The translations under genes were made by a program, and so were the position numbers. Below, in pieces: positions 18,459 through 28,587 of a DNA stretch of 64,000 nucleotides. The stretch is taken from IMG/VR virus record IMGVR_UViG_3300007640_000027. One strand, 5' to 3'. The stretch comes from a virus. The first letter of the stretch is position 1. Every line of letters starts with the position of its first letter. The notes beneath the pieces were generated by a model. That model worked only from the letters and a program-made list of their open reading frames with translations, had not been told where the DNA came from and did no database searches.

Positions 18459-20513
18459 TTATACATTCGGATTATTATCAACAATGTTAAATCCGAAATC
18501 ACATTCAATTTCGTTGGCAATAAAGTCAAAGTCACAAGCCACGGTTTCCAATGAGAAGTTGAAGAAACAACCCAATAAACACGGATAACATTCAGGACAC
18601 CAATAATCATATAAGTCAAACCTGTCCTTTAATAATCTCGCGTTATGTTGAATCTGCGGTGTACTTAATGGTTCCACATACATTCTGAATTGTGAAATAC
18701 CACCCATAAATGTCCCACCAAAATTTTGTTCCAAAAGAATATCGGTCGTCAAACCAGATAAACTGGTACCTGATAATGTTTCATTTGGCATACTCTCAGG
18801 ATCCTGAATATATGGTCCTTCCAAAGCAGAACAACCACTAAACATCAAACTTTCTCTTAACCCTTGAGTACCACCACCCCAACTGATGTTAAACGGAACA
18901 CCCAATTGTTTTTCCTTCTGAGTATTGAGTTCTCTTGGAATAATCTCCTCAAAATCTTCAATAACCATAAACAGATAACCGTTTACGTATAGTTTCAATA
19001 ATCCCTTTCTTTTATCTCTTTCTCTTAACCACTTGCGGTTTAATTCCACAATGTTTTCCTTCTTTTCTTTGGTTGAACCTGGATGTGTCTGTGGTGGCAT
19101 AATGAGATTATATGCAGCACCATTTATCGCAGAAGGATATAACTGTTCCCGAATATCACCCAATCCACCCCAATTCAATAAATCACACCCCTCCAAACTC
19201 TGATATCTTTCAAACACGGCAGTTATCATAACCCATCTTTCCTCAGTGTTTGCTGTCACACAAATAGGGTTATTGTAATTACAATCATCATAAATTCCAC
19301 GAGTGGAACAAATTTCATTAACACAATAACCTGATGAATATGTTAAACCAGTGGTCTCACAACTTCCCGTTGTTACACAATCACCAGTTAATTTTAAATA
19401 TTTCACACAAAGTTGGGGATTTTTGGGGTCACCCTCAAACTTTAAAGACATTGCATTTGAAAACACATCTTTTCCTGGATCAACAGGTGGATTTTCCACC
19501 GTTGTATTATAACCACCACAAGGACCAAGATTATGTTTTATGGTTGTACCCGTGGTTGGAAATACGGTTAAACAATCTGAGTTGGTTACACCAGTGTTTG
19601 CACATGCACAAGTTTTAATACAATTTGTTAATCCTGATGTTACACGGTTATAGGTCCAACCTGACGCATCGCCTGATATATCAATATTAAAATCACACGT
19701 AAATGTTTCGGTTGTTTGAACGTCACCCGATGCTGGATGGTAATACTTGTTTTCGGCTCTCGTTCCAAAGAAAAAGAACGTATTCGCATTATCAGGATAA
19801 ACATCATTTAAATAAACTTCAGAAGGTTGAATTTCATATTCTTCTCTTTGACGAGGTTTAAGAAGAAACTCCGCAGACCAACCTTTATTTACCCTTTCAG
19901 GAAAAACTTCATAATCATACCCGAATAACTTATAAAACCCCTGATAAAAACCACCATATAATTCATTGTAATAACCAACAGTTTCACCACTTTTGGAAAC
20001 TATATTATATATGGTTTTTGAATTACCTGAAAATCTATGGTTTGGCCAATCGGCATAACTGGTAACAGGAAACATTTTCATTCTCCTATCAAAATAATGG
20101 GGATTAAATGTTTCACCAGTATTAATACCCATCGTGAAAGTTAAAGTTTCACCAGTCATCTTATTGTATAATCCGTTGTCCGTCCCCGTTAAACCAATAT
20201 CACATAACGTGCTTGCAGTTAAACAAGTGAGATCCACATTGTCAGGATTATAATAATTCTTTGATACAACAGGATTACCTGAATAATGAACATTCCATAA
20301 TAAAGTCATTTGTTGCGCAGAATCAGATGATGATAAATCCATATTGATCGGCAACCTGTTTCCGTCATTTTCGGCGATTAAATTGGTTGAAAATACAACT
20401 TCTTCATCATAATCACGTTCATCCGACACCAAAGTTAAATCAAAATAACTGGAATCATCAAGACGGAGATCATACCTGTTAAAATAGTAGTTGTTGATAT
20501 TCTGACTCGCCAT
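18459..20513 (-). CDS. Cys/Thr/Gly-rich virion protein with LamG/concanavalin-like features
   Basis: LKLYVNG and F.GGISQFRMY..PLS..QI LamG-like motifs; 23 Cys by hand count. Confidence 0.55.
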   Translation of the reverse strand: MASQNINNYYFNRYDLRLDDSSYFDLTLVSDERDYDEEVVFSTNLIAENDGNRLPINMDLSSSDSAQQMTLLWNVHYSGNPVVSKNYYNPDNVDLTCLTASTLCDIGLTGTDNGLYNKMTGETLTFTMGINTGETFNPHYFDRRMKMFPVTSYADWPNHRFSGNSKTIYNIVSKSGETVGYYNELYGGFYQGFYKLFGYDYEVFPERVNKGWSAEFLLKPRQREEYEIQPSEVYLNDVYPDNANTFFFFGTRAENKYYHPASGDVQTTETFTCDFNIDISGDASGWTYNRVTSGLTNCIKTCACANTGVTNSDCLTVFPTTGTTIKHNLGPCGGYNTTVENPPVDPGKDVFSNAMSLKFEGDPKNPQLCVKYLKLTGDCVTTGSCETTGLTYSSGYCVNEICSTRGIYDDCNYNNPICVTANTEERWVMITAVFERYQSLEGCDLLNWGGLGDIREQLYPSAINGAAYNLIMPPQTHPGSTKEKKENIVELNRKWLRERDKRKGLLKLYVNGYLFMVIEDFEEIIPRELNTQKEKQLGVPFNISWGGGTQGLRESLMFSGCSALEGPYIQDPESMPNETLSGTSLSGLTTDILLEQNFGGTFMGGISQFRMYVEPLSTPQIQHNARLLKDRFDLYDYWCPECYPCLLGCFFNFSLETVACDFDFIANEIECDFGFNIVDNNPNV

Positions 20514-20569
20514 TATGGTTTTTTTAGATAAATACTTTCTTTGCGGTATTTATTATAAAAAGTTATATC

Positions 20570-21307
20570 ATGGAAGATATCTTTAAGAGAAAAAGTTTCG
20601 CAGAAAAAAGAGCAGAAGAACTTGGTTGTGAAGGAATACACAAACATAAGGGGGGGTTTATGCCTTGTTCTACTCACAAAAAATATGAAGAAAAAGTCAA
20701 AGCAAATAAATCCAAAGAAGAAATGGAAGAGGTAATTGACTTTGATGGAACAATGAATAATTCAAAAATTCCAATCTTAGATCCAAGAGTAACCAACAAA
20801 GGTACAAATACTATGGATAAAACTGTTGCTATGACCAGAATAACACAAGATCCTTTAATGAGGGGTTATAGAGTATATTACGGAGAATCATTGGTAAGAG
20901 AAGAAGATATGGAAAATGCATTCGGATATGAGGAAACAAATGATATGAATGCAGAAGAAACAATTGATTATTTTATAAAAGAACTTGGTTTTGATAAAGA
21001 TGATGCTGAAGACAGGGCGGTTGAAATGGGTAAAGATCCCGATATTCCTGATAATCCTGAATTGAAAGATGAAGAAGATTTTATTGATACAATGAGATTA
21101 GTTGAAAAGAAATTCACAAAAAAAGACATTATACAGATGTCTGAAGATCTTTTGGTTAAAAAAAGCGAAGATAAAGATATCAAAAAGAAAACCGATGATG
21201 GTGTTTCACCAATTTTATTAAGAAATATTAAAGCATTAAAAAACCAAGCAGATGTGTTAGGTTTATCAGATGAAGAATTAATACGTTTAATTAAAAATGA
21301 ACAGTAA
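20570..21307 (+). CDS. Acidic hypothetical protein, putative head-associated, with a GCEGxH...MPCxxH module
   Basis: AEELGCEGIHKHKGGFMPCSTH resembles DUF3721-type motifs; late promoter upstream. Confidence 0.5.
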   Translation: MEDIFKRKSFAEKRAEELGCEGIHKHKGGFMPCSTHKKYEEKVKANKSKEEMEEVIDFDGTMNNSKIPILDPRVTNKGTNTMDKTVAMTRITQDPLMRGYRVYYGESLVREEDMENAFGYEETNDMNAEETIDYFIKELGFDKDDAEDRAVEMGKDPDIPDNPELKDEEDFIDTMRLVEKKFTKKDIIQMSEDLLVKKSEDKDIKKKTDDGVSPILLRNIKALKNQADVLGLSDEELIRLIKNEQ

Positions 21308-21755
21308 ACTATACGATAGAAAAGCAAAACTACCTGATAGTTTGAAACAACATTTGGAAGATTCTTTTAAGAATATTGATGCAGATAGCAATACTGAAGG
21401 TTTTAATAGAAATAAAGAATTAAGAGAATCAGGTATTGCAACGTATCAACAAATTAAGAGAATTAAAAACTGGTTTGATAGTTATCAAGGTAACGAAGAA
21501 GATGCTCCGTTTATTTTAAATGGAGGAAAAAGAATGCACAGATGGTGTGATCAAGTACTTGACCATTGGAGAGATACAATGGAAAAAGGAAAGAAAATTA
21601 AAGCCGATACAGGAATGGAAAATCAATTTATTGACACACACGACAAAGAGGGTGGATCAGTTAATCCTCACGATAGTCACGAAAAAAGTATTAATAAATT
21701 TGATACCGCAGTTACGGAACAAATAAGAATAATAAACAAATTAATGTCCAATTAA
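21297..21755 (+). CDS. Hypothetical protein, putative head-associated
   Basis: ORF in the late operon; IKRIKNWFDS...GG..M..W module. Confidence 0.55.
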   Translation: MNSKLYDRKAKLPDSLKQHLEDSFKNIDADSNTEGFNRNKELRESGIATYQQIKRIKNWFDSYQGNEEDAPFILNGGKRMHRWCDQVLDHWRDTMEKGKKIKADTGMENQFIDTHDKEGGSVNPHDSHEKSINKFDTAVTEQIRIINKLMSN

Positions 21756-21757
21756 TT

Positions 21758-22096
21758 ATGGCAACACAAAACGACGAATTAGATTTTTCTCAACCAAATA
21801 ACGAGTTGACACAAATCGCAAACTCAAGAAGATCAGTACTTCTTCCAAGAAATGATTTTCAACCTGAAGGTCAAGAATATGGCGTTTCACACCCTGACGC
21901 AACTGCCGATGGTGATAACGCTGGTCGTGGTACAGGACAATTTCTTGATATTTTTAATTACAATGCAGGTACATTACAAGATATTCAAGAAAGAATTGGT
22001 GACATCAAAGTGAACAAATATAACAACAACAAACCGTATTATGTTCAAGATGATCAAAGTCCAAATACACCTAATAACCCATTACCAGTATTGTAA
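21758..22096 (+). CDS. Hypothetical protein
   Basis: ORF in operon; HPDATADGDNAGRGTG. Confidence 0.55.
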   Translation: MATQNDELDFSQPNNELTQIANSRRSVLLPRNDFQPEGQEYGVSHPDATADGDNAGRGTGQFLDIFNYNAGTLQDIQERIGDIKVNKYNNNKPYYVQDDQSPNTPNNPLPVL

Positions 22097-22494
22097 TGAA
22101 ACTAATAAGTACGTTTAAAGGTTTATTGACAGAAATTGCGTCAATTCAAGACGTTCAAAAATCTATTCAGGATAAAAAAGTTATGACCATTTATTATGAT
22201 GGTGATATTCCTGGAGGTAAAGGTTTAAGACGTATTGAACCTGTATGCTTGGGATATAGCAAAGCAGGAAACCTTGTATTACGTGCTTGGGATATTGACG
22301 GTGCATCGCATACAGCGACAACAGGTGAACAACCGTTACCTGGTTGGAGGTTATTCAGGTTAGATAAAATCTTTACTTATAACCCTACTGGTGATAATTT
22401 TAATACACCAAGACCCGGATACAACTTTAATGGTGATAAAAGTATGGAGAGGGTCATTTTAAACGCGCAATTTAATACAGAACAAGATGAGTGA
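22096..22494 (+). CDS. Stand-alone WYL-domain protein
   Basis: IYY...RRIEP..LG....LRAW...WRLFRLDKI signature; no HTH domain. Confidence 0.8.
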   Translation: MKLISTFKGLLTEIASIQDVQKSIQDKKVMTIYYDGDIPGGKGLRRIEPVCLGYSKAGNLVLRAWDIDGASHTATTGEQPLPGWRLFRLDKIFTYNPTGDNFNTPRPGYNFNGDKSMERVILNAQFNTEQDE

Positions 22495-23092
22495 TTTAAT
22501 GCAAAAATTAGCAGCTTCAAAAAAGATGATGGATATACATAATGCAATTCCAAGAGGACAAGCGACCGGCCAACTTCCTGTGAATGAAAATGTTAATGCG
22601 ACATATAACGTACCACAAGAAGTAGTTAGTCAGTCACCCGCACCTGTACCACAACCACCAATTACACAATCAGTCACTACTAACCGACCTGTTACGGAAG
22701 ATGCAATTAAAAACTCAAAACTCCCTGATGAGATTAAAAGATTAATGTTAGAAAATCCAATTGAACAACCACAAATGAATGGTCCTGTTTTATCTGATGA
22801 CATTATTGAAGGAGCAACAAGACTTATGGGTCAAAAACAAAGTAACACGCCAGTGACTGAAACACAAACTAATAACATTCCTACATCATCTGTTAATAGA
22901 AATGACTCAGACTTAAAACAAATGATCAGAGATGTCGTTCGTGATACAGTTAGAGATGTAGTTAAAGAAGAATTATCAAACGCAGGTTTAATATCTGAAT
23001 CTTCACAAAAAACAAATGATACTTTATCATTAAGAGTCGGAAAACACGTTTTTGAAGGGAAGGTAACTAAGATAAAAAAACTTAAACAATAA
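22487..23092 (+). CDS. Hypothetical Pro/Gln/Thr-rich protein
   Basis: ORF; NSKLPDEIKRLM..NPI motif. Confidence 0.55.
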   Translation: MSDLMQKLAASKKMMDIHNAIPRGQATGQLPVNENVNATYNVPQEVVSQSPAPVPQPPITQSVTTNRPVTEDAIKNSKLPDEIKRLMLENPIEQPQMNGPVLSDDIIEGATRLMGQKQSNTPVTETQTNNIPTSSVNRNDSDLKQMIRDVVRDTVRDVVKEELSNAGLISESSQKTNDTLSLRVGKHVFEGKVTKIKKLKQ

Positions 23093-23093
23093 C

Positions 23094-23122
23094 TTGTCTT
23101 ATCTTTTGTTTTTTGTTATACT
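23094..23122 (+). promoter_or_regulatory. Sigma70-like promoter heading the glycosyltransferase locus
   Basis: TTGTCT-N17-TATACT. Confidence 0.55.
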
Positions 23123-23139
23123 TCTTGTAAAACAAAAGC

Positions 23140-24348
23140 ATGAGTAAAATTAATGTATTATGTCTGCCCTCAGACCGTAGCGGAGTCGGAAAGTTCCGTT
23201 CTGTAGAACCTCACATTTTCTTACAAAACAAGTATCCTGATGATTTTCACGTGGATATTGACTATGAACCAAAAATCAATGATGATAACTATTGGAAACA
23301 ATACGATATCGTACATTTTCATAGACAGATAGGTAAAGATTTTTTAAAATCACCTATGATTATTGAAAAACTCAATAAGATGGGTATTGTAACCATTATG
23401 GACTTAGATGACTATTGGTTACCAGGACCTGAACATCCTGCACACTCTTTGGTCAAGCAAGAAAAAATAGATCAACATATCAAAAACAATCTGAAAGTTG
23501 CAGGTCACGTAACCACAACTACTTCAGTATATGCGGATTTAATTAAAAAGTTAAATCCAAATGTTTACGTATTACCAAACTCAATTAACCCTGATGAAAG
23601 CCAATTTAAGGCAGAAACTTTACCATCAGACAAACTTCGTTTTGGTTGGTTAGGTGGTTCTTCACACTTAAAAGATTTGGAATTATTAAAAGGTACGGTT
23701 AATAAACTTTCAAGTATGAAAGATCAGTTTGAAATGTACATTTGTGGTTTTGACTTACGAGGAACTGTAACTGAGATTAACCCTCAAACAGGTGAGAAGA
23801 AACAAAGACCAATCAAACCAACAGAAACCGTTTGGGCAAGATATGAAGAATTCTTCACGGACAATTATAAAATGATTGACGAAGATTACAAAAAATTCTT
23901 GATGACTTTTCAAGAAACAGAATATCCCAATGCAAACTTTTACCATAGAGTATGGACCAAACCTGTTACATCATATGCAAAAAATTATTCAAGATTTGAT
24001 GTATCTTTGGCACCAATTAAGGATAATACATTTAACCGAGCAAAATCACAACTTAAAGTTATTGAAGCAGGTTTTTACAAAAAAGCATTAATCGCATCAG
24101 ATGTGGGCCCTTATACAATTGATTTGAAACATGCATTAGATAATGGAAAATTCACCAATGGAAACGCATTATTGGTAGATAAAAACCGAAATCACGGTGA
24201 TTGGGCAAAATATATGAAGAAATTAATTCAGAACCCATCTTGGGCTGAAGATCTAGGAGAAAGACTTTATGAAACCGTAAAAGATACGTACAATTTAAAT
24301 ACAGTAACAAAAACACGAGCAGAACTTTATAAAACATTAGCAAAATGA
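23140..24348 (+). CDS. Glycosyltransferase (GT-B, GT4-like)
   Basis: DLDDYW, GWLGGSSH..DL, DVSLAPI...FN..KS.LK.IEAG. Confidence 0.85.
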   Translation: MSKINVLCLPSDRSGVGKFRSVEPHIFLQNKYPDDFHVDIDYEPKINDDNYWKQYDIVHFHRQIGKDFLKSPMIIEKLNKMGIVTIMDLDDYWLPGPEHPAHSLVKQEKIDQHIKNNLKVAGHVTTTTSVYADLIKKLNPNVYVLPNSINPDESQFKAETLPSDKLRFGWLGGSSHLKDLELLKGTVNKLSSMKDQFEMYICGFDLRGTVTEINPQTGEKKQRPIKPTETVWARYEEFFTDNYKMIDEDYKKFLMTFQETEYPNANFYHRVWTKPVTSYAKNYSRFDVSLAPIKDNTFNRAKSQLKVIEAGFYKKALIASDVGPYTIDLKHALDNGKFTNGNALLVDKNRNHGDWAKYMKKLIQNPSWAEDLGERLYETVKDTYNLNTVTKTRAELYKTLAK

Positions 24349-25046
24349 TTAATTACCCAAAAACAAAATTATTATTCTTTGATCTTGAAACCGTTGGAAT
24401 TGAAAAAGACCTTCCAACATTAAGAGATAAAAATCCCGAACTGGCAAGACTTTTTGAGAGTTATAAAAACTGGTTTGATAAGAAATTTAACGATGAAGAC
24501 AAAAATACCGTTGAAGAAACTTTCGTGAACCGAGCAGCACTCGTTCCTGAATTTGCAAAAATCATCGTTGGAACATTCGCATTCGTTGATCAAAATGGAA
24601 AAACCCACATTAAAACCTTCTCAGGTGATAATGAAAAAGAAATTCTTTTGGAGATGAAAGAACTTATTGATCGGGTGAATAAATTGGATTTTTGGTTATG
24701 TGGTCACAACATCAAAATATTTGATATTCCAATGCTCGGAAAACGATTTGTTATTAACGGAATCAAACCACCAAAAATTCTTCCAACATATGACACCAAA
24801 CCGTGGGAAATGAAAGCGTTGGACACAAAAGATGTTTGGGGGTTTGGGAATAATTATTCCATTTCATCTTTGGACTTAATGTGTGTATCATTGGGTATTG
24901 AAAGTCCAAAAACAGGTGAGGTATCAGGAAACCTTGTTCACGATACATATTGGAACAAAAACGGTCTTGGACCCATCGCAGAATATTGCGAAAGAGATGT
25001 TAAGGTTTTAATTGATGTGATGGATAAACTTTATAATATGAAATAA
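24345..25046 (+). CDS. PolB-like DEDDy 3'-5' exonuclease
   Basis: FDLET, GHNIKIFDIP, YCERDV. Confidence 0.85.
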   Translation: MINYPKTKLLFFDLETVGIEKDLPTLRDKNPELARLFESYKNWFDKKFNDEDKNTVEETFVNRAALVPEFAKIIVGTFAFVDQNGKTHIKTFSGDNEKEILLEMKELIDRVNKLDFWLCGHNIKIFDIPMLGKRFVINGIKPPKILPTYDTKPWEMKALDTKDVWGFGNNYSISSLDLMCVSLGIESPKTGEVSGNLVHDTYWNKNGLGPIAEYCERDVKVLIDVMDKLYNMK

Positions 25047-25047
25047 A

Positions 25048-25647
25048 ATGTTAAACAACATTAAAGAATTAAGAGATAGTTTAAAAAAAATTAAAGATTT
25101 AAAAAATACACTGGAATCAGACGGAAGTGCAGATCCGATGAGCATCTTTACAGATTTGGGAATTGATGTGAAAGATTTGGATAAAGAATTCGCAGATCAA
25201 ATGAGATTAAAGGTTACCCTTCGTTATCAAAAAGATGGTGATAACCCTGAATTACAATATCATTATCAAAGTGATTCAGGTTTTGATTTAAGAGCAAATG
25301 AAACCGTAACACTTGAACCGTTTGAAAGAAAACTCGTACCCACAGGAATATTCTTTGAAATACCCGAAGGTTATGAAATTCAAGTTCGTCCAAAAAGTGG
25401 ATTAACAATCAAAAGAGGATTGACCGTTTTAAACACACCAGGAACCATAGATCAAGGTTATACAGGTGAGATTAAGTGCATCATCATCAATATGGATAAA
25501 AACCCTCAGACCATAGAAAAAGGGGATAAAATTGCTCAAGCAGTTCTTTGTCCCGTGATGACAGGAAGAAACGTGACCTTACAACAAATAGATAAAGTTC
25601 AAGATAAAGAGAGAAAAGACAATGGGTTCGGATCAACAGGAAATTAA
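25048..25647 (+). CDS. dut: dUTPase
   Basis: SGFDL, RPKSG, PGTIDQGYTGE, KIAQ, R..NGFGSTG. Confidence 0.95.
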   Translation: MLNNIKELRDSLKKIKDLKNTLESDGSADPMSIFTDLGIDVKDLDKEFADQMRLKVTLRYQKDGDNPELQYHYQSDSGFDLRANETVTLEPFERKLVPTGIFFEIPEGYEIQVRPKSGLTIKRGLTVLNTPGTIDQGYTGEIKCIIINMDKNPQTIEKGDKIAQAVLCPVMTGRNVTLQQIDKVQDKERKDNGFGSTGN

Positions 25648-26026
25648 TATTAGTCCCGTCTTACCTGATGGGAAAAAGAATTATCTAATTGATATTGACG
25701 GAACAATAACCGATGATATTCCAAATGAACAACCCGAAAGAATGGAAACTTGTTTTCCTTATGAAGGTTCAGTTGAAATTATAAACGGATGGTATGATGA
25801 AGGACATATTATTACCTTCTTTACCTCACGTACAGATGAACATAGAGAAATAACAGAAAAGTGGTTTGAAAAACATAATTTTAAATACCACAACTTATTG
25901 ATGAATAAACCCAGAGGAGGTAACTACCATTGGATAGATAATCACATAGTTAGAGGGACACGTTATAATGGAAAATGGACACCACTAACGGAAAAAGAAA
26001 CCACCATACAAGTATTTGAAGACTGA
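25622..26026 (+). CDS. HAD phosphatase (capsule-biosynthesis-phosphatase-like)
   Basis: IDIDGT, FTSR, MNKPRG, WIDN. Confidence 0.8.
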   Translation: MGSDQQEINISPVLPDGKKNYLIDIDGTITDDIPNEQPERMETCFPYEGSVEIINGWYDEGHIITFFTSRTDEHREITEKWFEKHNFKYHNLLMNKPRGGNYHWIDNHIVRGTRYNGKWTPLTEKETTIQVFED

Positions 26027-27675
26027 TGATTACAATAGGATACAGCACCAAAAAAATTGATCCCGAGTTTAAAAACTACATAGAAAAATCTTGCGGTTTA
26101 CACAACGTGGAAATTATACCATTTGAAAATCCCGGTACTCACTCACTAACCGAAGCATATAACATCATTTTGGAACAATCCACAAATGATATTGTTGTCC
26201 TGTGCCACGATGATATCTATTTTGATACCAAAAATTGGGGTAACAAAATCTTAAAACATTTTAAGAGAAATCCTGAATATGGGATTTTGGGTGTCGCTGG
26301 TTCCATAAAAATACCTGAAAGTGGAATGTGGTGGGAGGACCAAACAAAAATGAGGGGGATCGTAAATCATCAACACGAAGGAAAAAAATGGGAGTCAAGG
26401 TATTCATCCAGTTTGGGTAATAAAATTGAAGATGTGGTACTCGTTGATGGTCTTTTTATGGTGTTAAACAAAAAAAACATCAAAAATCAATTCAGCACCG
26501 ATGTTCAGGGGTTCCATATGTATGATGTTGATTTTTGCATCAATAACTTTATAGAAAAAGTAAAAATAGGTGTATTATACGACATTAGAATTACTCACTT
26601 ATCTATCGGACAAACCAATGAACAATGGGAGAAAAATAGACAATTATTCTCAGAAAAATTCAAAGATCAATTACCTATTCGTATTTATGATAATTTTGAA
26701 AATAGACCATTAAAAGTTTTACTCGGGGTATTAAATTTTCAAGGTCTTACCGGTTCTGAGGTGTCCACATTAGAATTAGCCAAAGGTCTTTCAAAAAATG
26801 GTTGTGACGTATCAGTTATTTCAACAAGCATCGGCAAAAATTTTGATCAGATCTGCAAAAAACATAATATCAAAACATATACCACATCAAATCCACCTGG
26901 GTTTTTGGTCGGAGATGGAAACCAAATTATTAATACTCCACAAGGACAAGTTAGAACAGAAAAAGGAAAATACTATAAAGTTGGTGGTGTTGATTTTGAT
27001 GTTATTCAAACTAACCACACACCAATTACCAACTTATTGTTAAATCTTTATCCTGAAAAAAAATTCGTAACAGTGGTTCGGTCTGAAATAATAGATTTGG
27101 AAAATCCAATTGTGGATGAAAAAGTTAAAAAATACATAACAATACGACCATCAATAAAAGACTATTTAGTTAATGAGTTTAACATAAAAGAAAATATTAT
27201 TGATGTGATTTATAATCCATTTGACACTTCAAGATTTAAAAAAGGTCCCGAACCAAACAATGAAAAAGAAATAATACTTTTTGTTGGAACAATGGATTAT
27301 TTGAGAAAACAATCTATTGAACACTTAATTGAAAAGGTAACATCAGAAAATAAGACGTTATGGTTGGTGGGAAAAGATACAATGGGATACGCGACCGAAT
27401 ATTCTAATAACTATGATAATGTAAAATATTTTGGTGAAAGTGATAAAGTTGAAGATTTTTATCAAAAGTGCGATGTTACCGCAGGAATAATGTTGGGAAG
27501 AACAACGATTGAAGGGTATTTATGTGGAAAACCTGCTTGGATTTATTACGTTGATAATTCAGGAAACATTCAAAATTTTGAATATACAGAAGTACCTGAT
27601 AATCTTAAAGTTTTTGAAAAAGATTATTCAATAAACAAATTTAAGCAAACATATTTAGAGGTTTATAATCAATAA
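26026..27675 (+). CDS. Bifunctional glycosyltransferase (GT-A/GT2-like N-half plus GT-B C-half)
   Basis: VLCHDD, GVAG, VDGLF, FHMYDVD in the N-half; TGSE...LAK.L...G..V and GRTTIEG in the C-half. Confidence 0.8.
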   Translation: MITIGYSTKKIDPEFKNYIEKSCGLHNVEIIPFENPGTHSLTEAYNIILEQSTNDIVVLCHDDIYFDTKNWGNKILKHFKRNPEYGILGVAGSIKIPESGMWWEDQTKMRGIVNHQHEGKKWESRYSSSLGNKIEDVVLVDGLFMVLNKKNIKNQFSTDVQGFHMYDVDFCINNFIEKVKIGVLYDIRITHLSIGQTNEQWEKNRQLFSEKFKDQLPIRIYDNFENRPLKVLLGVLNFQGLTGSEVSTLELAKGLSKNGCDVSVISTSIGKNFDQICKKHNIKTYTTSNPPGFLVGDGNQIINTPQGQVRTEKGKYYKVGGVDFDVIQTNHTPITNLLLNLYPEKKFVTVVRSEIIDLENPIVDEKVKKYITIRPSIKDYLVNEFNIKENIIDVIYNPFDTSRFKKGPEPNNEKEIILFVGTMDYLRKQSIEHLIEKVTSENKTLWLVGKDTMGYATEYSNNYDNVKYFGESDKVEDFYQKCDVTAGIMLGRTTIEGYLCGKPAWIYYVDNSGNIQNFEYTEVPDNLKVFEKDYSINKFKQTYLEVYNQ

Positions 27676-27691
27676 TATTAAAATTTTTTAG

Positions 27692-28513
27692 GTGAAAATT
27701 GAAGCATTTGACGAATTTGGCTACATTTTGTGGTATTACGCACCAGTAGCTTATAATAGTTTTTTAAAAGGAGAATTAGAGTACACTAAAAGTAAAATAG
27801 GCACTAAACCTGTTTTTTATTTTTCTGAAAATCATTCAGAAGAGAATAAACATTTTGATCCACCTATTTTAGCAAAAATATTACATCCTGAAGAACATAA
27901 TACTTCGTGTTATACACTTAAAGGTCCAAAATTTATTAATAATAATTGGACTCCTCCACCTTATAATGAAGTATATAAAAATGATAAATTTGTTTATGAT
28001 AAACCAATATTAACAATTCACAATAAAAACACTAAGGAATGGATGTCTCACCCACATAATTACTTTGATTCTGTTACATTAGACAAAATGTTTTCTATGT
28101 TAAAACATAAATTTCAAATAGTGTATTTTAGACCTCCTGATAACTCAGAAAAATTTAAATTACAAAAAGATAAACATCAAAACTCTGTAGATATTGGAGA
28201 TAAAGAAGTTTTAACTAAACATCCTGAAGTTATTGATATTGAAAATTTGTTATTAGAAACAAATAAAATTTACAACGAAGTTCAATTTATGATATTAGCT
28301 AACTCAGATCATCATATCTCACCCGCAGGTGATGCAGTAATACCAGCATATTTTGGTGGTGATCTTTTTATATATAATTGTCCTAATTGTACCTCAGCAA
28401 ATAGAGAAGTTTGGAGAACCGGATCTTGGATGGAAAAGTTATCGGGATCTAAAATTTTTGGTCACAATAATTATGACGAGTTGTTAAATAACATAACTGA
28501 AAAATGGTTATAG
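27692..28513 (+). CDS. Hypothetical glycan-modification protein (GT-like)
   Basis: EFGY.L N-terminus, W.PPPY, HNK..EW; lies inside the sugar locus. Confidence 0.45.
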   Translation: MKIEAFDEFGYILWYYAPVAYNSFLKGELEYTKSKIGTKPVFYFSENHSEENKHFDPPILAKILHPEEHNTSCYTLKGPKFINNNWTPPPYNEVYKNDKFVYDKPILTIHNKNTKEWMSHPHNYFDSVTLDKMFSMLKHKFQIVYFRPPDNSEKFKLQKDKHQNSVDIGDKEVLTKHPEVIDIENLLLETNKIYNEVQFMILANSDHHISPAGDAVIPAYFGGDLFIYNCPNCTSANREVWRTGSWMEKLSGSKIFGHNNYDELLNNITEKWL

Positions 28514-28587
28514 AACTTTTAAATTAAAAATGTATTTAATAATACATATTTTATATAAAATGATTAATTTTTTAAAAAATTAAAATT

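Noticed and set aside
25380-25420. SGLT in dUTPase as a glycosylation motif
   Set aside because: It is part of the conserved dUTPase motif II (RxxSG), so it was not counted
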